64,000 nucleotides of DNA from an uncultured Chloroflexia bacterium. Lineage in GTDB: Bacteria; Chloroflexota; Limnocylindria; Limnocylindrales; CSP1-4. Below the pieces are notes generated by a model. It had not been told where the DNA came from and searched no databases. It saw nothing but the letters and a program-made list of their open reading frames with translations. Positions 28,202 to 36,581 of the stretch are shown here, piece by piece. The stretch is from contig CAVXLA010000005.1 in the NCBI GenBank assembly GCA_963762445.1, positions 554,803 to 618,802 on the forward strand. Direction: 5' to 3'. Position 1 is the stretch's first letter. Each line of letters begins with the position of its first letter. The translations under genes and the position numbers were made by a program.

Positions 28202-28917
28202 CGGACGTGCAGCGCGGTGGGCCGGCCGCGGACGTGGAGCGCGGTGGGCCGGCGACCGCGGACGTGAACGAGGCGTCGGCGGAGCCGGCGACCGCCGACC
28301 TGCCCGGTGAGGCGCTCACGGAGTCGCTGCTCGAGGCGCTCCTCTTCGTTGCCGAGCGCCCGCTTCGCCGGCGCGAGCTGGCGACCCTGACCGGGGCCTC
28401 GCCCGAGACGATCGACGCGCGCCTGGGGGACCTGGAGGTTGCTCTGGCCGGCCGCGGGATCCGGCTCCTCGTCGACGGCGACCGGGTGGCGCTGGCGACG
28501 GCGCCGGAGGCCGGATTCATGATCGGCCGCTACGTCGGGCGGGAGCCGACGCGCCTCTCTGCCGCGACGCTGGAGACGCTGGCGATCGTGGCCTACCGCC
28601 AGCCGGTCACGAAGGCCGGCATCGAGCGCGTCCGGGGCGTGGACGCCGAGTACGCCCTCCGGAGCCTCCTGCACCGACGCCTGGTGGTTGAGCTCGGCCG
28701 GGCGGACGCGCCGGGCCGACCGATCCTCTACGGCACGTCGGTCGACTTCCTCGAGCGCTTCGGCCTCCTGAGCCTGGACGACCTGCCGCTCCTCGACGCC
28801 GCCGTGGCCGAGCGCCTGGTGGCGGCCGAGCCGGCCGGCCCCGCGCCGGACGCGGACCTGGATCCGTTCGCGATGCCGGGGCCCGCCGGCTCGCCGCGCC
28901 CGGCCGGGGCGCCCTGA
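28198..28917 (+). CDS. scpB: segregation and condensation protein B
   Basis: GTGA overlap with scpA. 'LLEALLFVAERPL', 'ETLAIVAYRQPVTKAGIERVRGV', 'GRPILYGTSVDFLERFGL'. Confidence 0.85.
   Translation: MTDVQRGGPAADVERGGPATADVNEASAEPATADLPGEALTESLLEALLFVAERPLRRRELATLTGASPETIDARLGDLEVALAGRGIRLLVDGDRVALATAPEAGFMIGRYVGREPTRLSAATLETLAIVAYRQPVTKAGIERVRGVDAEYALRSLLHRRLVVELGRADAPGRPILYGTSVDFLERFGLLSLDDLPLLDAAVAERLVAAEPAGPAPDADLDPFAMPGPAGSPRPAGAP
28204..28266 (+). repeat. 27/30-nt in-frame tandem repeat at the scpB 5' end (DVQRGGPAA / DVERGGPATA / DVNE..)
   Basis: Units gacgtgcagcgcggtgggccggccgcg (28204-28230) and gacgtggagcgcggtgggccggcgaccgcg (28231-28260), plus a partial third unit. Confidence 0.7.
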
Positions 28918-29747
28918 TGCCGGAGGAGCGGCTCGGCAAGGTGCTGGCGGGGGCCGGCGTGGCCAGCCGCCGGGCCGCCGACGCCCTGGTGGCTGCCGGC
29001 CGCGTCACCGTGGACGGCCGGACGGCGCAGCTCGGCGAGAAGGCCGACCCGGCCCGCCAGGTCGTGGCCGTCGACGGGCGCCAGGTCGGGGCCGTCGCCG
29101 TTGCCGCGGTCTACGTGGCGCTGCACAAGCCGGCCGGCGTGATCTCGACGGCGGCGGACCGCCACGCGGCCCGGACCGTGCTCGACCTCGTCCCGCCGGG
29201 CCTCGTCCCGGCGGGAACCCGCCTCTACCCGGTCGGCCGCCTCGACCAGGATTTGGAGGGCCTGCTCCTGCTCACCAACGACGGCGCCTGGACGGAGCGG
29301 ATCCTCCACCCGCGCCACGAGGTCGAGCGGGAGTACGCGGTCGCGGTGGCCGCGCCCCTCGCCGGCGAGCAGCGCGCGGCACTCGCCGCCGGCATCCCGC
29401 TCGAGGAGGGGATCGCCCGCCTCGTCGCCCTGCGGCCGGCGACGCGGACGGAGACGGCGCTGCTCGCGGCGCTCCTGGACCCGCCCCCCGCCCCGGGGCT
29501 GGCCTGGTACCGGGTGGTCCTCGCCCACGGCTGGAAGCGGCAGGTCCGGAGGATGCTGGCGACCGTCGGCGCGCCCGTGGTGCGCCTGGTGCGCGTCCGC
29601 GTCGGCACCCTGCGCCTCGACCTGCCTGCCGGGCAGGCGCGCCTCCTGACGCCCGCCGAGGCGCGCCGGCTGGCAGCGCCACCGCCGCCCGACCGCCCGC
29701 CGCGGTCGCCCGAGCGGCGGTGGTCGTCGAAGGGCGGGACGGCGTGA
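28917..29747 (+). CDS. 16S/23S rRNA pseudouridine synthase, RsuA/RluB family
   Basis: S4 domain 'RLGKVLAGAGVASRRAADALV' and catalytic 'YPVGRLDQDLEGLLLLTNDG'. Confidence 0.85.
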   Translation: MPEERLGKVLAGAGVASRRAADALVAAGRVTVDGRTAQLGEKADPARQVVAVDGRQVGAVAVAAVYVALHKPAGVISTAADRHAARTVLDLVPPGLVPAGTRLYPVGRLDQDLEGLLLLTNDGAWTERILHPRHEVEREYAVAVAAPLAGEQRAALAAGIPLEEGIARLVALRPATRTETALLAALLDPPPAPGLAWYRVVLAHGWKRQVRRMLATVGAPVVRLVRVRVGTLRLDLPAGQARLLTPAEARRLAAPPPPDRPPRSPERRWSSKGGTA

Positions 29748-30457
29748 GGCGCGATCGCGGCCCGGTCGTCGCCCTCGACGGGCCCGGCTCGTCCGGCAAG
29801 AGCAGCGTTGGCGCGGCCGTGGCCGCCGCCCTCGGGGCCCGCTTCCTCGACACCGGGCTTCTCTACCGGGCGCTCACGTGGCTGAGCCTCGACCGCGGCC
29901 TGGCGCCGGAGGACGGACCGGCCATCGCCCGGCTCGCCGCCGAGATCGACCTCGAGGCGGACGCAGCCGGGTGCCTGACCCGCGTCATCGTCGACGGGCG
30001 GGACGTGGCCGGCCGGATCCGCACGCCGCGCGTCGACCGGGCCGTGTCGGCGGTCTCGCGCCAGCCGGAGGTCCGGGCGGCGCTCCTGGGGCGCCAGCGG
30101 GCGCTGGCCGCGGCCGGCGCGATCGTCGTCGCCGGGCGCGACATCGGACGGGTCGTCCTGCCCGGCGCCGACGTGAAGATCTGGCTCGACGCGTCAACGC
30201 AGGAACGGGCCGCGCGACGTGCGCGCGAGCGGGGGATCGACCCGGCCTCGCCGGCCGGCGAGGCGATCCTCGACGACCTTCGGCGCCGCGACCTCGACGA
30301 CGGATCGCGCGACGTGTCGCCGGCCCGCGCGGCGGACGACGCGGTCCACGTCCGGACGGACGGCAACTCGTTCGAGGCGACGGTGGCGGCCGTCCTCGCC
30401 GTCGTGCAGGCCGCCCTCGACCCGACCGCCCTCGGACGGGACGGAGGCCCGCGGTGA
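29744..30457 (+). CDS. cmk: (d)CMP kinase
   Basis: GTGA overlap. P-loop 'ALDGPGSSGKSSVG', 'LDTGLLYRA', 'GRDIGRVVLP'. Confidence 0.9.
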   Translation: MRRDRGPVVALDGPGSSGKSSVGAAVAAALGARFLDTGLLYRALTWLSLDRGLAPEDGPAIARLAAEIDLEADAAGCLTRVIVDGRDVAGRIRTPRVDRAVSAVSRQPEVRAALLGRQRALAAAGAIVVAGRDIGRVVLPGADVKIWLDASTQERAARRARERGIDPASPAGEAILDDLRRRDLDDGSRDVSPARAADDAVHVRTDGNSFEATVAAVLAVVQAALDPTALGRDGGPR

Positions 30458-31233
30458 CGAGCGCGACGCCGCGCCGGCGAGGCGCGCGCCACGAGGCATC
30501 GCTCTTCACGCTGCCGGCCGACCGCCTGCCGTGGTTCATGCGGGCGAGCCAGCTCTTCGGGCGCACGCTCATCCGCTGCTTCACCCGCGTCTCGGTCGAG
30601 GGGCTCGAGCACGTCCCGCGGAGCGGGGCGCTCATCCTGGCCGGTAACCACATCAGCAACGCCGACCCGCCGCTGGTCGCCGGGTGGCTGACGCCGATCC
30701 TGGGTCGGCCGATCCACTGGATGGCCAAGGCCGAGGCCCTCGAGTGGCCGCTGGCAGGCTGGTTCATGCGCCAGAACGGGGCTTTCGGGGTCCACCGAGG
30801 CGCCGCCGACGCCGAGGCCTTCCGGGTGGCCCGGGCCGTCCTCGAGGACGGCCGGGTCCTGGGCACCTTCCCGGAGGGCACCCGCAGCCCGACCGCCGCG
30901 CTTCAGCCGGCCAGGGACGGCGTGACGCTCCTTGCCCTCCGGACCGGGGCCCCGGTCCTGCCGATCGGGGTGATCGACACGGACCGCTTCTGGCCGCGCG
31001 GCCGGCTTCTCTGGCGATTCGGGGGGCGGGTCTCGCTGCGCATCGGCGAGCCGTTCGTGGTGGAACGGCGCGTCGCGCCGGACGGCACGAAGGAGTCCCT
31101 CGAGGACGTCACGACGCGCCTGATGCTCCACGTCGCCGAGCTCCTCCCGGAGCGCCACCGGGGCGTCTACGGGCCGCTCCTCGCGCCCGGCGGCGCCCCC
31201 GTCCCCGGGGTTTTGCCGGGACGCGTGCAATAA
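30454..31233 (+). CDS. plsC: 1-acyl-sn-glycerol-3-phosphate acyltransferase
   Basis: GTGA overlap. HX4D 'AGNHISNADP', 'FPEGTRS', 'GAPVLPIG'. Confidence 0.85.
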   Translation: MTSATPRRRGARHEASLFTLPADRLPWFMRASQLFGRTLIRCFTRVSVEGLEHVPRSGALILAGNHISNADPPLVAGWLTPILGRPIHWMAKAEALEWPLAGWFMRQNGAFGVHRGAADAEAFRVARAVLEDGRVLGTFPEGTRSPTAALQPARDGVTLLALRTGAPVLPIGVIDTDRFWPRGRLLWRFGGRVSLRIGEPFVVERRVAPDGTKESLEDVTTRLMLHVAELLPERHRGVYGPLLAPGGAPVPGVLPGRVQ

Positions 31234-31240
31234 TCCGGCC

Positions 31241-32215
31241 ATGGGCATGGTCAGGGACGTCAGGATCGCGAAGCGCACCGGCTTCTGCTACGGCGTCCGC
31301 GAAGCGGTCGACAAGGCGAAGGAATCGGCCGACGCGGGCAGGATGACCCACACCCTCGGCCAGGTCGTGCACAACGAGGGCGTGGTGGCCAGCCTCCACG
31401 CGCGCGGCGTCCAGCCGATCCAGGCGCTCGAGGAGGCCCTCGACGGGTCCACGGTCGTCATCCGCGCCCACGGCGTGACGCCGGGCGTGCGGCAGGCGGC
31501 GGCCGATCGGGGCCTGGACGTCATCGACGGCACGTGCTCCTGGGTCATCGCCGAGCAGAAGCAGCTCCAGGCCCTCGTCGAGGAGGGCTACACGATCGTC
31601 CTCCTCGGCACCCCGAACCACCCCGAGGTCGTGGGGCTCCTGGGGTTCGCCCCCGACGCGATCGTTGTCGACGAGGAGGGCGACTGGGACCGGATCCCGC
31701 ACCGGAAGCGGATGGCCCTCATCACCCAGTCGACCCAGCCGCCCTGGAAGTTCGAGCGCCTGGCGGCGCGGATGGTCCACCTCGCCCACGAGCTCAAGAT
31801 CGTCAACACCGTCTGCCCGGTCACGATCCACCGCCAGGAGGACACCGTGGACACGGCCCGCGACGTCGACTTCATGGTCGTCGTCGGCGGCCGGAGCAGC
31901 GCCAACACGAAGGAGCTGACGCGCCTCTGCGAGATCGAGGGGACGCCCGTCGTGCAGATCGAGCACGCCCGCGACCTCGTCGACCCGGACCTCTTCGGCA
32001 GCGCGACGGTCGTCGGGATCACGGGCGGCACGTCGACGCCGATCGAGGACCTCCAGCTCGTGGCCGAGCGGATCCTGGAGCTGGCCGGGAGCGCCGACGT
32101 GCGGCCCCGGGCCCGCGAGATCGCCTTCGCGGCGCTCGACGCGGCGGCCACGCCCGCCGGCCGCACGAGCTCGCTGCCGCGGGACGTCGGCCTCGCCGCC
32201 GCGGCCGCCCGGTGA
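31241..32215 (+). CDS. ispH: 4-hydroxy-3-methylbut-2-enyl diphosphate reductase
   Basis: '[10 protein letters not shown]', 'VVHNEGVV', 'DGTCSWV', 'NTVCPVT', '[13 protein letters not shown]'. Confidence 0.9.
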   Translation: MGMVRDVRIAKRTGFCYGVREAVDKAKESADAGRMTHTLGQVVHNEGVVASLHARGVQPIQALEEALDGSTVVIRAHGVTPGVRQAAADRGLDVIDGTCSWVIAEQKQLQALVEEGYTIVLLGTPNHPEVVGLLGFAPDAIVVDEEGDWDRIPHRKRMALITQSTQPPWKFERLAARMVHLAHELKIVNTVCPVTIHRQEDTVDTARDVDFMVVVGGRSSANTKELTRLCEIEGTPVVQIEHARDLVDPDLFGSATVVGITGGTSTPIEDLQLVAERILELAGSADVRPRAREIAFAALDAAATPAGRTSSLPRDVGLAAAAAR

Positions 32216-33726
32216 CCGGGAGCGGCCTCCTCCCCGTCGTCGCGATCGTCGGGCGCCCCAACGTCGGCAAGAGCACGCTCTTCAACCGCGTGGTCGGGGA
32301 CAGCCGCGCCGCGATCGTCGAGGACCGCGCCCGGACCACCCGCGACCGGATCTACGGCGAGGGTGAGTGGAACGGCCGGCGCTTCCTCGTCGTCGACACG
32401 GGCGGCCTCGAGGCGGCCCCGGGCGACGACATCGAGGCGCGCGTCCAGGAGCAGGCGCGCCTGGCCATCGCCGAGGCCGACGTCATCGTCTTCGTCGTCG
32501 AGGCGACCGCAGGCCTCACGCCGGCCGACCAGGAGGCAGCCGAGACGCTCCGGCGGGCGACGGCGCCGGTCCTCGTCGCCGTGAACAAGGCCGACAACGC
32601 GAAGCGGGAGCTGGACGCCGCGGAGTTCTGGGCGCTCGGCTGGGACGCGACGTGGCCGATCAGCGCTGCCCACGGGCGCGGTGTCGCCGACCTCCTCGAC
32701 GAGGTCGTGCTCGCCCTCCCGCCGGAGAGCGAGGCCGAGCAGGTCCGCAGGTCACGCGACGCCGAGACCGATCGCGAGGCCGACCTGATCGCCGACGAGC
32801 TCGCCGAGGGCCTCGAGCCGGACGAGCTCGACTTCGACGACGGGGCGCTGCCCGGGCCGGTGACGATCGCGCTCGTCGGGCGGCCGAACGTGGGGAAGTC
32901 GAGCCTCCTCAACGCCCTCCTCGGCGAGGAGCGGGCGATCGTGTCGGAGATCCCCGGGACCACCCGCGACGCCTTCGACACGCGGCTGGCCTACGGCCAG
33001 GGCGAGGTCGTCCTCGTCGACACCGCGGGGATGCGGCGGCGGGGCAAGGTCGCCTCGGGCCCGGCGGCGGAGCGCTACTCCGCGCTGCGGGCCCTCAAGG
33101 CGATCGACCGCGCAGACGTCACCGTCCTCGTCATCGACGCGGTGGAGGGCCTGACCGCGCAGGACGCCCACGTGGCCGGGTACACGATCGACGCCGGCAA
33201 GGGCCTCGTCATCGCCGTCAACAAGTGGGACCTCGTCGAGGGCAAGACGGATCGCACCTTCGACCAGTTCGTGGCCTGGATCCGCCGCGACGCCCCCTTC
33301 CTCGAGTTCGCGCCCGTCGTCTCGATCAGCGCGAAGACGGGCCAGCGGGTGGACCGGGTGCTCGAGATGGCCGTGGACGTCTGGGGGGAGCGGCGGAAGC
33401 GGATCGGCACGGGCGAGCTGAACCGGCTGCTGGCCGAGGCGACGGCTCGCCAGGTCCCGCCGGCGGCGAAGAACCGCCGGCCCAGGCTCTTCTACGCGAC
33501 CCAGGCGGCCATCGAGCCGCCGACGTTCATCTTCTTCGCCAACGACGCGGAGCTGATCCATTTCAGCTACCGGCGCTACCTGGAGAACCGGATCCGCGAC
33601 GTGCTCGGCTTCCATGGGGCGCCGATCCGGCTCGTCTTCCGCAACCGCGGCACCGAGCGTCCCCCGCGGAAGCGGTCCGCCCCGCGGGGCGGGGGAGCGC
33701 GGGCGGGGAGCGTCCGCCGCCGCTGA
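32212..33726 (+). CDS. der: ribosome-biogenesis GTPase Der/EngA (tandem GTPase domains + KH-like domain)
   Basis: GTGA overlap with ispH. Two G1 motifs '[12 protein letters not shown]' and '[12 protein letters not shown]', two 'DTGG/DTAG' and two 'NKAD/NKWD' motifs. Confidence 0.95.
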   Translation: MTGSGLLPVVAIVGRPNVGKSTLFNRVVGDSRAAIVEDRARTTRDRIYGEGEWNGRRFLVVDTGGLEAAPGDDIEARVQEQARLAIAEADVIVFVVEATAGLTPADQEAAETLRRATAPVLVAVNKADNAKRELDAAEFWALGWDATWPISAAHGRGVADLLDEVVLALPPESEAEQVRRSRDAETDREADLIADELAEGLEPDELDFDDGALPGPVTIALVGRPNVGKSSLLNALLGEERAIVSEIPGTTRDAFDTRLAYGQGEVVLVDTAGMRRRGKVASGPAAERYSALRALKAIDRADVTVLVIDAVEGLTAQDAHVAGYTIDAGKGLVIAVNKWDLVEGKTDRTFDQFVAWIRRDAPFLEFAPVVSISAKTGQRVDRVLEMAVDVWGERRKRIGTGELNRLLAEATARQVPPAAKNRRPRLFYATQAAIEPPTFIFFANDAELIHFSYRRYLENRIRDVLGFHGAPIRLVFRNRGTERPPRKRSAPRGGGARAGSVRRR

Positions 33727-33742
33727 GCCCTCGGCAACGACG

Positions 33743-33767
33743 GGGGCCCAACCGGCGGCCGGGCCCC
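33743..33767. terminator. GC hairpin between convergent der and the tandem-domain gene
   Basis: GGGGCCC (33743-33749) pairs with GGGCCCC (33761-33767) across an 11-nt loop. No U-tract. Confidence 0.35.
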
Positions 33768-33799
33768 TCGGGCGGCGTCGCGGGGACGCGATGGCCCCG

Positions 33800-34240
33800 T
33801 CAGAGCTCGCGCTCCAGCAGCACGGGCAGCGGGATCGTCGGCTGGGCCGCCGGGGAGTACGACGGGTGATGCGTCAGGTCGACGCTCGCCACGCCCCACC
33901 CCTGCTTGCCCAGCTCGGTGAGGCGGTCGACCAGCTCGGCGAGGTGCTCCTCGGGATGCTCCTGGATCGGGATCCGCTCGATCCGGTACTCGTACCTCCG
34001 GCTCCCGACCGTCTCCTTCTCCAGGAGGATCGGCAGCGGGACCGCCGGCTGGGCCGCCGGCGAGTACGACGGGTGATGCGTCAGGTCGACGCTGACGACG
34101 CGCCAGCCCTGCTTGCCCAGCTCGGTGAGCCGATCGAGCACCTCCCCGAGGTGAGCCTCGGGGTGCTCGCGGATCGGCAGCCGCTCGATGCGATAGTCGA
34201 CCGCGTGGGCCGATGCCATGACCTTGTCCGTGACGACCAT
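33800..34240 (-). CDS. small protein made of two tandem about 65-aa domains (DUF4177-like by recollection)
   Basis: Internal duplication: 'YRIERLPIREHPEAHLGEVLDRLTELGKQGWRVVSVDLTHHPSYSPAAQPAVPLPILLEKE' versus 'YRIERIPIQEHPEEHLAELVDRLTELGKQGWGVASVDLTHHPSYSPAAQPTIPLPVLLEREL'. The Met at 34240 has an AGGA 6 nt upstream. Alternative starts are 34294 and 34219. Confidence 0.6.
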   Translation of the reverse strand: MVVTDKVMASAHAVDYRIERLPIREHPEAHLGEVLDRLTELGKQGWRVVSVDLTHHPSYSPAAQPAVPLPILLEKETVGSRRYEYRIERIPIQEHPEEHLAELVDRLTELGKQGWGVASVDLTHHPSYSPAAQPTIPLPVLLEREL

Positions 34241-34350
34241 GTGCGTTCCTGGCCTTCTGTCGTCGGATGGCGGTCCCGCCGCGTCTCCGACCACGGTGTC
34301 AGGATGCGCCAGCCCAGCCCAGACGTCGGTGACACAGGTGTCGCGCCGGC

Positions 34351-34364
34351 GTGACCGCGGTCAC
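34351..34364. promoter_or_regulatory. perfect 14-bp palindrome GTGACCGCGGTCAC (GTGA-N6-TCAC, Crp/Fnr-type operator candidate)
   Basis: Read directly from the sequence. It lies in the divergent intergenic region, 111 nt from the 34240 start and 113 nt from the crp-like ATG at 34477. Confidence 0.5.
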
Positions 34365-34476
34365 GCATACCCGAGAGTTCCACCCATCCGGCTCTTGGGC
34401 TCGGCCGCCTCCCGGCGTAAGGTTGTCTCGGATCCAGGAGACGGCCGCCGCGGCGGCCGGCACGGTGGACAGACCG

Positions 34477-35169
34477 ATGGCTGCGCTCGATGAGCTGGCC
34501 CGCGTGGGGCTCGAGGGCGGCTTCCTGTTCGCGATCCCGCGTGACGCCGCCGAGCGCCTCCTGGCCGAAGCGATCCGGGTCAACCTGCCGGCGGGGGCCC
34601 TCGTCTACCGCGACGAGGAGAGCCCGCGCCTGATCGTGGTCGTCCGGGGGCTCCTGCGGGTGTTCCTCACCTCCGCCGACGGGCGGCAGGTGACTGTCCG
34701 CTACGCCCGCAGCGGCGACGTGGCAGGGCTCGCGCTGGTGGTGGGCGGCCCGGCTCCCATGAGCATCGAGGCCGTGACGAGCGCGCTGGTCGTGGCCCTC
34801 CGGGTCGAGGCGCTGCGCGCGCTGCTGGCGACCGATCCCGGCGTCGCGCGCGCCTGCGCCGAGGAGCTGACCCAGCAGCTCTACCGCGCCCTGAGCGACA
34901 TCTCCGAGCAGGCCTTCCTCACGGTCCGCCAGCGCCTGGCCCGCCAGCTGCTGCTCCTGGCGACGGCCGGTCCCGGCCACGAGCTCGTCGTGCACGCCAG
35001 CCAGCAGGAGCTCGCCGACGCAATCGGGTCGGTGCGCGAGGTCGTGACCCGCAACCTCCACCAGCTTCACGAGGACGGGCTCATCGACATCTCGCGCGAC
35101 GAGGTCGCCATTCGCGACCCTGTGGCGCTCACCCTGCTGGCCGGCGAGCAATCCCGTGGGAGCGGTTGA
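34477..35169 (+). CDS. Crp/Fnr-family transcriptional regulator
   Basis: cNMP-binding-like barrel 'LIVVVRGLLRVFLTSADGRQVTVRYARSGDVAGL' and C-terminal HTH 'ASQQELADAIGSVREVVTRNLHQLHEDGLI'. Confidence 0.8.
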   Translation: MAALDELARVGLEGGFLFAIPRDAAERLLAEAIRVNLPAGALVYRDEESPRLIVVVRGLLRVFLTSADGRQVTVRYARSGDVAGLALVVGGPAPMSIEAVTSALVVALRVEALRALLATDPGVARACAEELTQQLYRALSDISEQAFLTVRQRLARQLLLLATAGPGHELVVHASQQELADAIGSVREVVTRNLHQLHEDGLIDISRDEVAIRDPVALTLLAGEQSRGSG

Positions 35170-35230
35170 CGGCGACGGGGGGCCCTAGCGACGGAGGGCC
35201 TGCCGGGGCGTCTGCTATCCTTCGTGCCGT

Positions 35231-35307
35231 CGGGGTGTGGCGCAGCTTGGTAGCGCACCTGAATGGGGTTCAGGAGGTCCCGCGTTCGAATCGCGGCACC
35301 CCGACCA
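35231..35307 (+). tRNA. tRNA-Pro (anticodon GGG)
   Basis: Manual cloverleaf: acceptor CGGGGTG/CACCCCG, D stem GCGC/GCGC, anticodon stem CCTGA/TCAGG, loop ATGGGGT, T stem CCGCG/CGCGG, T loop TTCGAAT, encoded CCA. Confidence 0.93.
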
Positions 35308-35322
35308 TCGGTCTGAGCACGC

Positions 35323-35362
35323 GAGAGCCCCTCGGCGCGTCCGAGGGGCTCTCGTCTTGTCT
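35323..35362 (+). terminator. intrinsic terminator after tRNA-Pro
   Basis: Perfect 13-bp stem GAGAGCCCCTCGG / CCGAGGGGCTCTC with loop CGCGT, followed by the T-containing tail gtcttgtctc. Confidence 0.7.
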
Positions 35363-35474
35363 CGGATGGGGACGGATCTGCCCGTCGGCGCAGCAGGCGT
35401 AAGATCCGCGGTCACGGAGCAGCGCGTCCTCGGCCGTCGATCCACGGCGCGTGCCATCCGGAAGGGAGGGGCGG

Positions 35475-36464
35475 ATGCACGGGAGTTCCTGGCGCCGTAT
35501 CGGCGCGATCGGCGCCGTTGGCGTCGCGGTCATGATCCTCGTGGCGGCCTGCGGTGGAGGGGGCGCCTCGGCGACGCCGACGCCCGCGCCGACCCCCACC
35601 GCGGCGCCGACGGCCGCGTCCACGCCCACCGCGGCACCGGCTGCGGCGAGTGCCAGCCCCACGGTCGCGCCCGGCGGCGTGGCCACGCTCGACGCGCCGG
35701 CCACGGTCGCGGCGGGTGCCGCCATCTCGGTCACGTGGACCGGGCCCAACACCCAGGGCGACTACGTCGCGATCATGGCGAGCGGGGCCGGCAAGTGGAC
35801 GAACGAGCCGTACTTCTACACGAACAGCGCCAGCCCGGCAACGCTCGTCGCGCCGACGGCGGCGGGGGACTACGAGCTCCGCTACATCGCCAAGGACGAG
35901 ACCGTCCTCGCCCGCCGGCCGATCACCGTGACCGCGTTCGTGGGGACGCTGGATGCGGTCGACAGCGTCGCCGCGGGCACCACCTTCGAGGTGACCTGGA
36001 CCGGCTCGAACGGGCCGAAGGACTACGTCACCATCATGCCAACGGGCGCCGCGAACTGGTCGGGCGAGCCGTACTTCTACACGGCCGACGCCAACCCGGG
36101 CAAGCTCGTCGCACCGATGACCGCGGGCGCCTTCGAGCTCCGCTACATCGCCGGCGCGGACAGCAAGACGATGGTGAGCCGTCCGATCGCGGTCACGCCG
36201 CTCCAGATCGCCCTCGAGGCGCCGCCCGCTGTGGACAAGGACAGCACGTTCGCCGTGAAGTGGACCGGGCCGAACGGGCCGGGCGACTACGTCACGATCG
36301 TCCCGGCGGGGTCGCCCGCGGGGACGTACGCGTCGTACGCCTACACGGCGAACGGGAGCCCGGCGACGCTGACGGCGCCGGGAACCGCGGGACCCTACGA
36401 GATCTGGTACGCCTCCGACCGGGCGCCCGGCATCTTCAAGAGCATCCCGATCATCGTTCGGTAG
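35475..36464 (+). CDS. lipoprotein with three tandem about 85-aa repeats
   Basis: ATG preceded by GGAAGGGAGGGG. Lipobox 'LVAAC'. Thr/Pro/Ala linker. Three repeats share 'F.V.WTGPN...DYV.I.P.G......Y.YT......L.AP...G.YELRYI'. Confidence 0.7.
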   Translation: MHGSSWRRIGAIGAVGVAVMILVAACGGGGASATPTPAPTPTAAPTAASTPTAAPAAASASPTVAPGGVATLDAPATVAAGAAISVTWTGPNTQGDYVAIMASGAGKWTNEPYFYTNSASPATLVAPTAAGDYELRYIAKDETVLARRPITVTAFVGTLDAVDSVAAGTTFEVTWTGSNGPKDYVTIMPTGAANWSGEPYFYTADANPGKLVAPMTAGAFELRYIAGADSKTMVSRPIAVTPLQIALEAPPAVDKDSTFAVKWTGPNGPGDYVTIVPAGSPAGTYASYAYTANGSPATLTAPGTAGPYEIWYASDRAPGIFKSIPIIVR

Positions 36465-36569
36465 GTGTGGCCGCCCCCGAGCGCGGTCGACGCGGCCGTC
36501 GCCCGTGGGCCCGGCGCGGGGCCCTGCGCCGCGACCCCTCGGGCCGCCCCCGCCGGGCTCCACGGGCCC

Positions 36570-36575
36570 TACACT
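36570..36575 (+). promoter_or_regulatory. -10-like box TACACT, 6 nt upstream of the decarboxylase ATG (leaderless)
   Basis: TACACT at 36570-36575; ATG at 36582. Confidence 0.4.
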
Positions 36576-36581
36576 CGGCGC

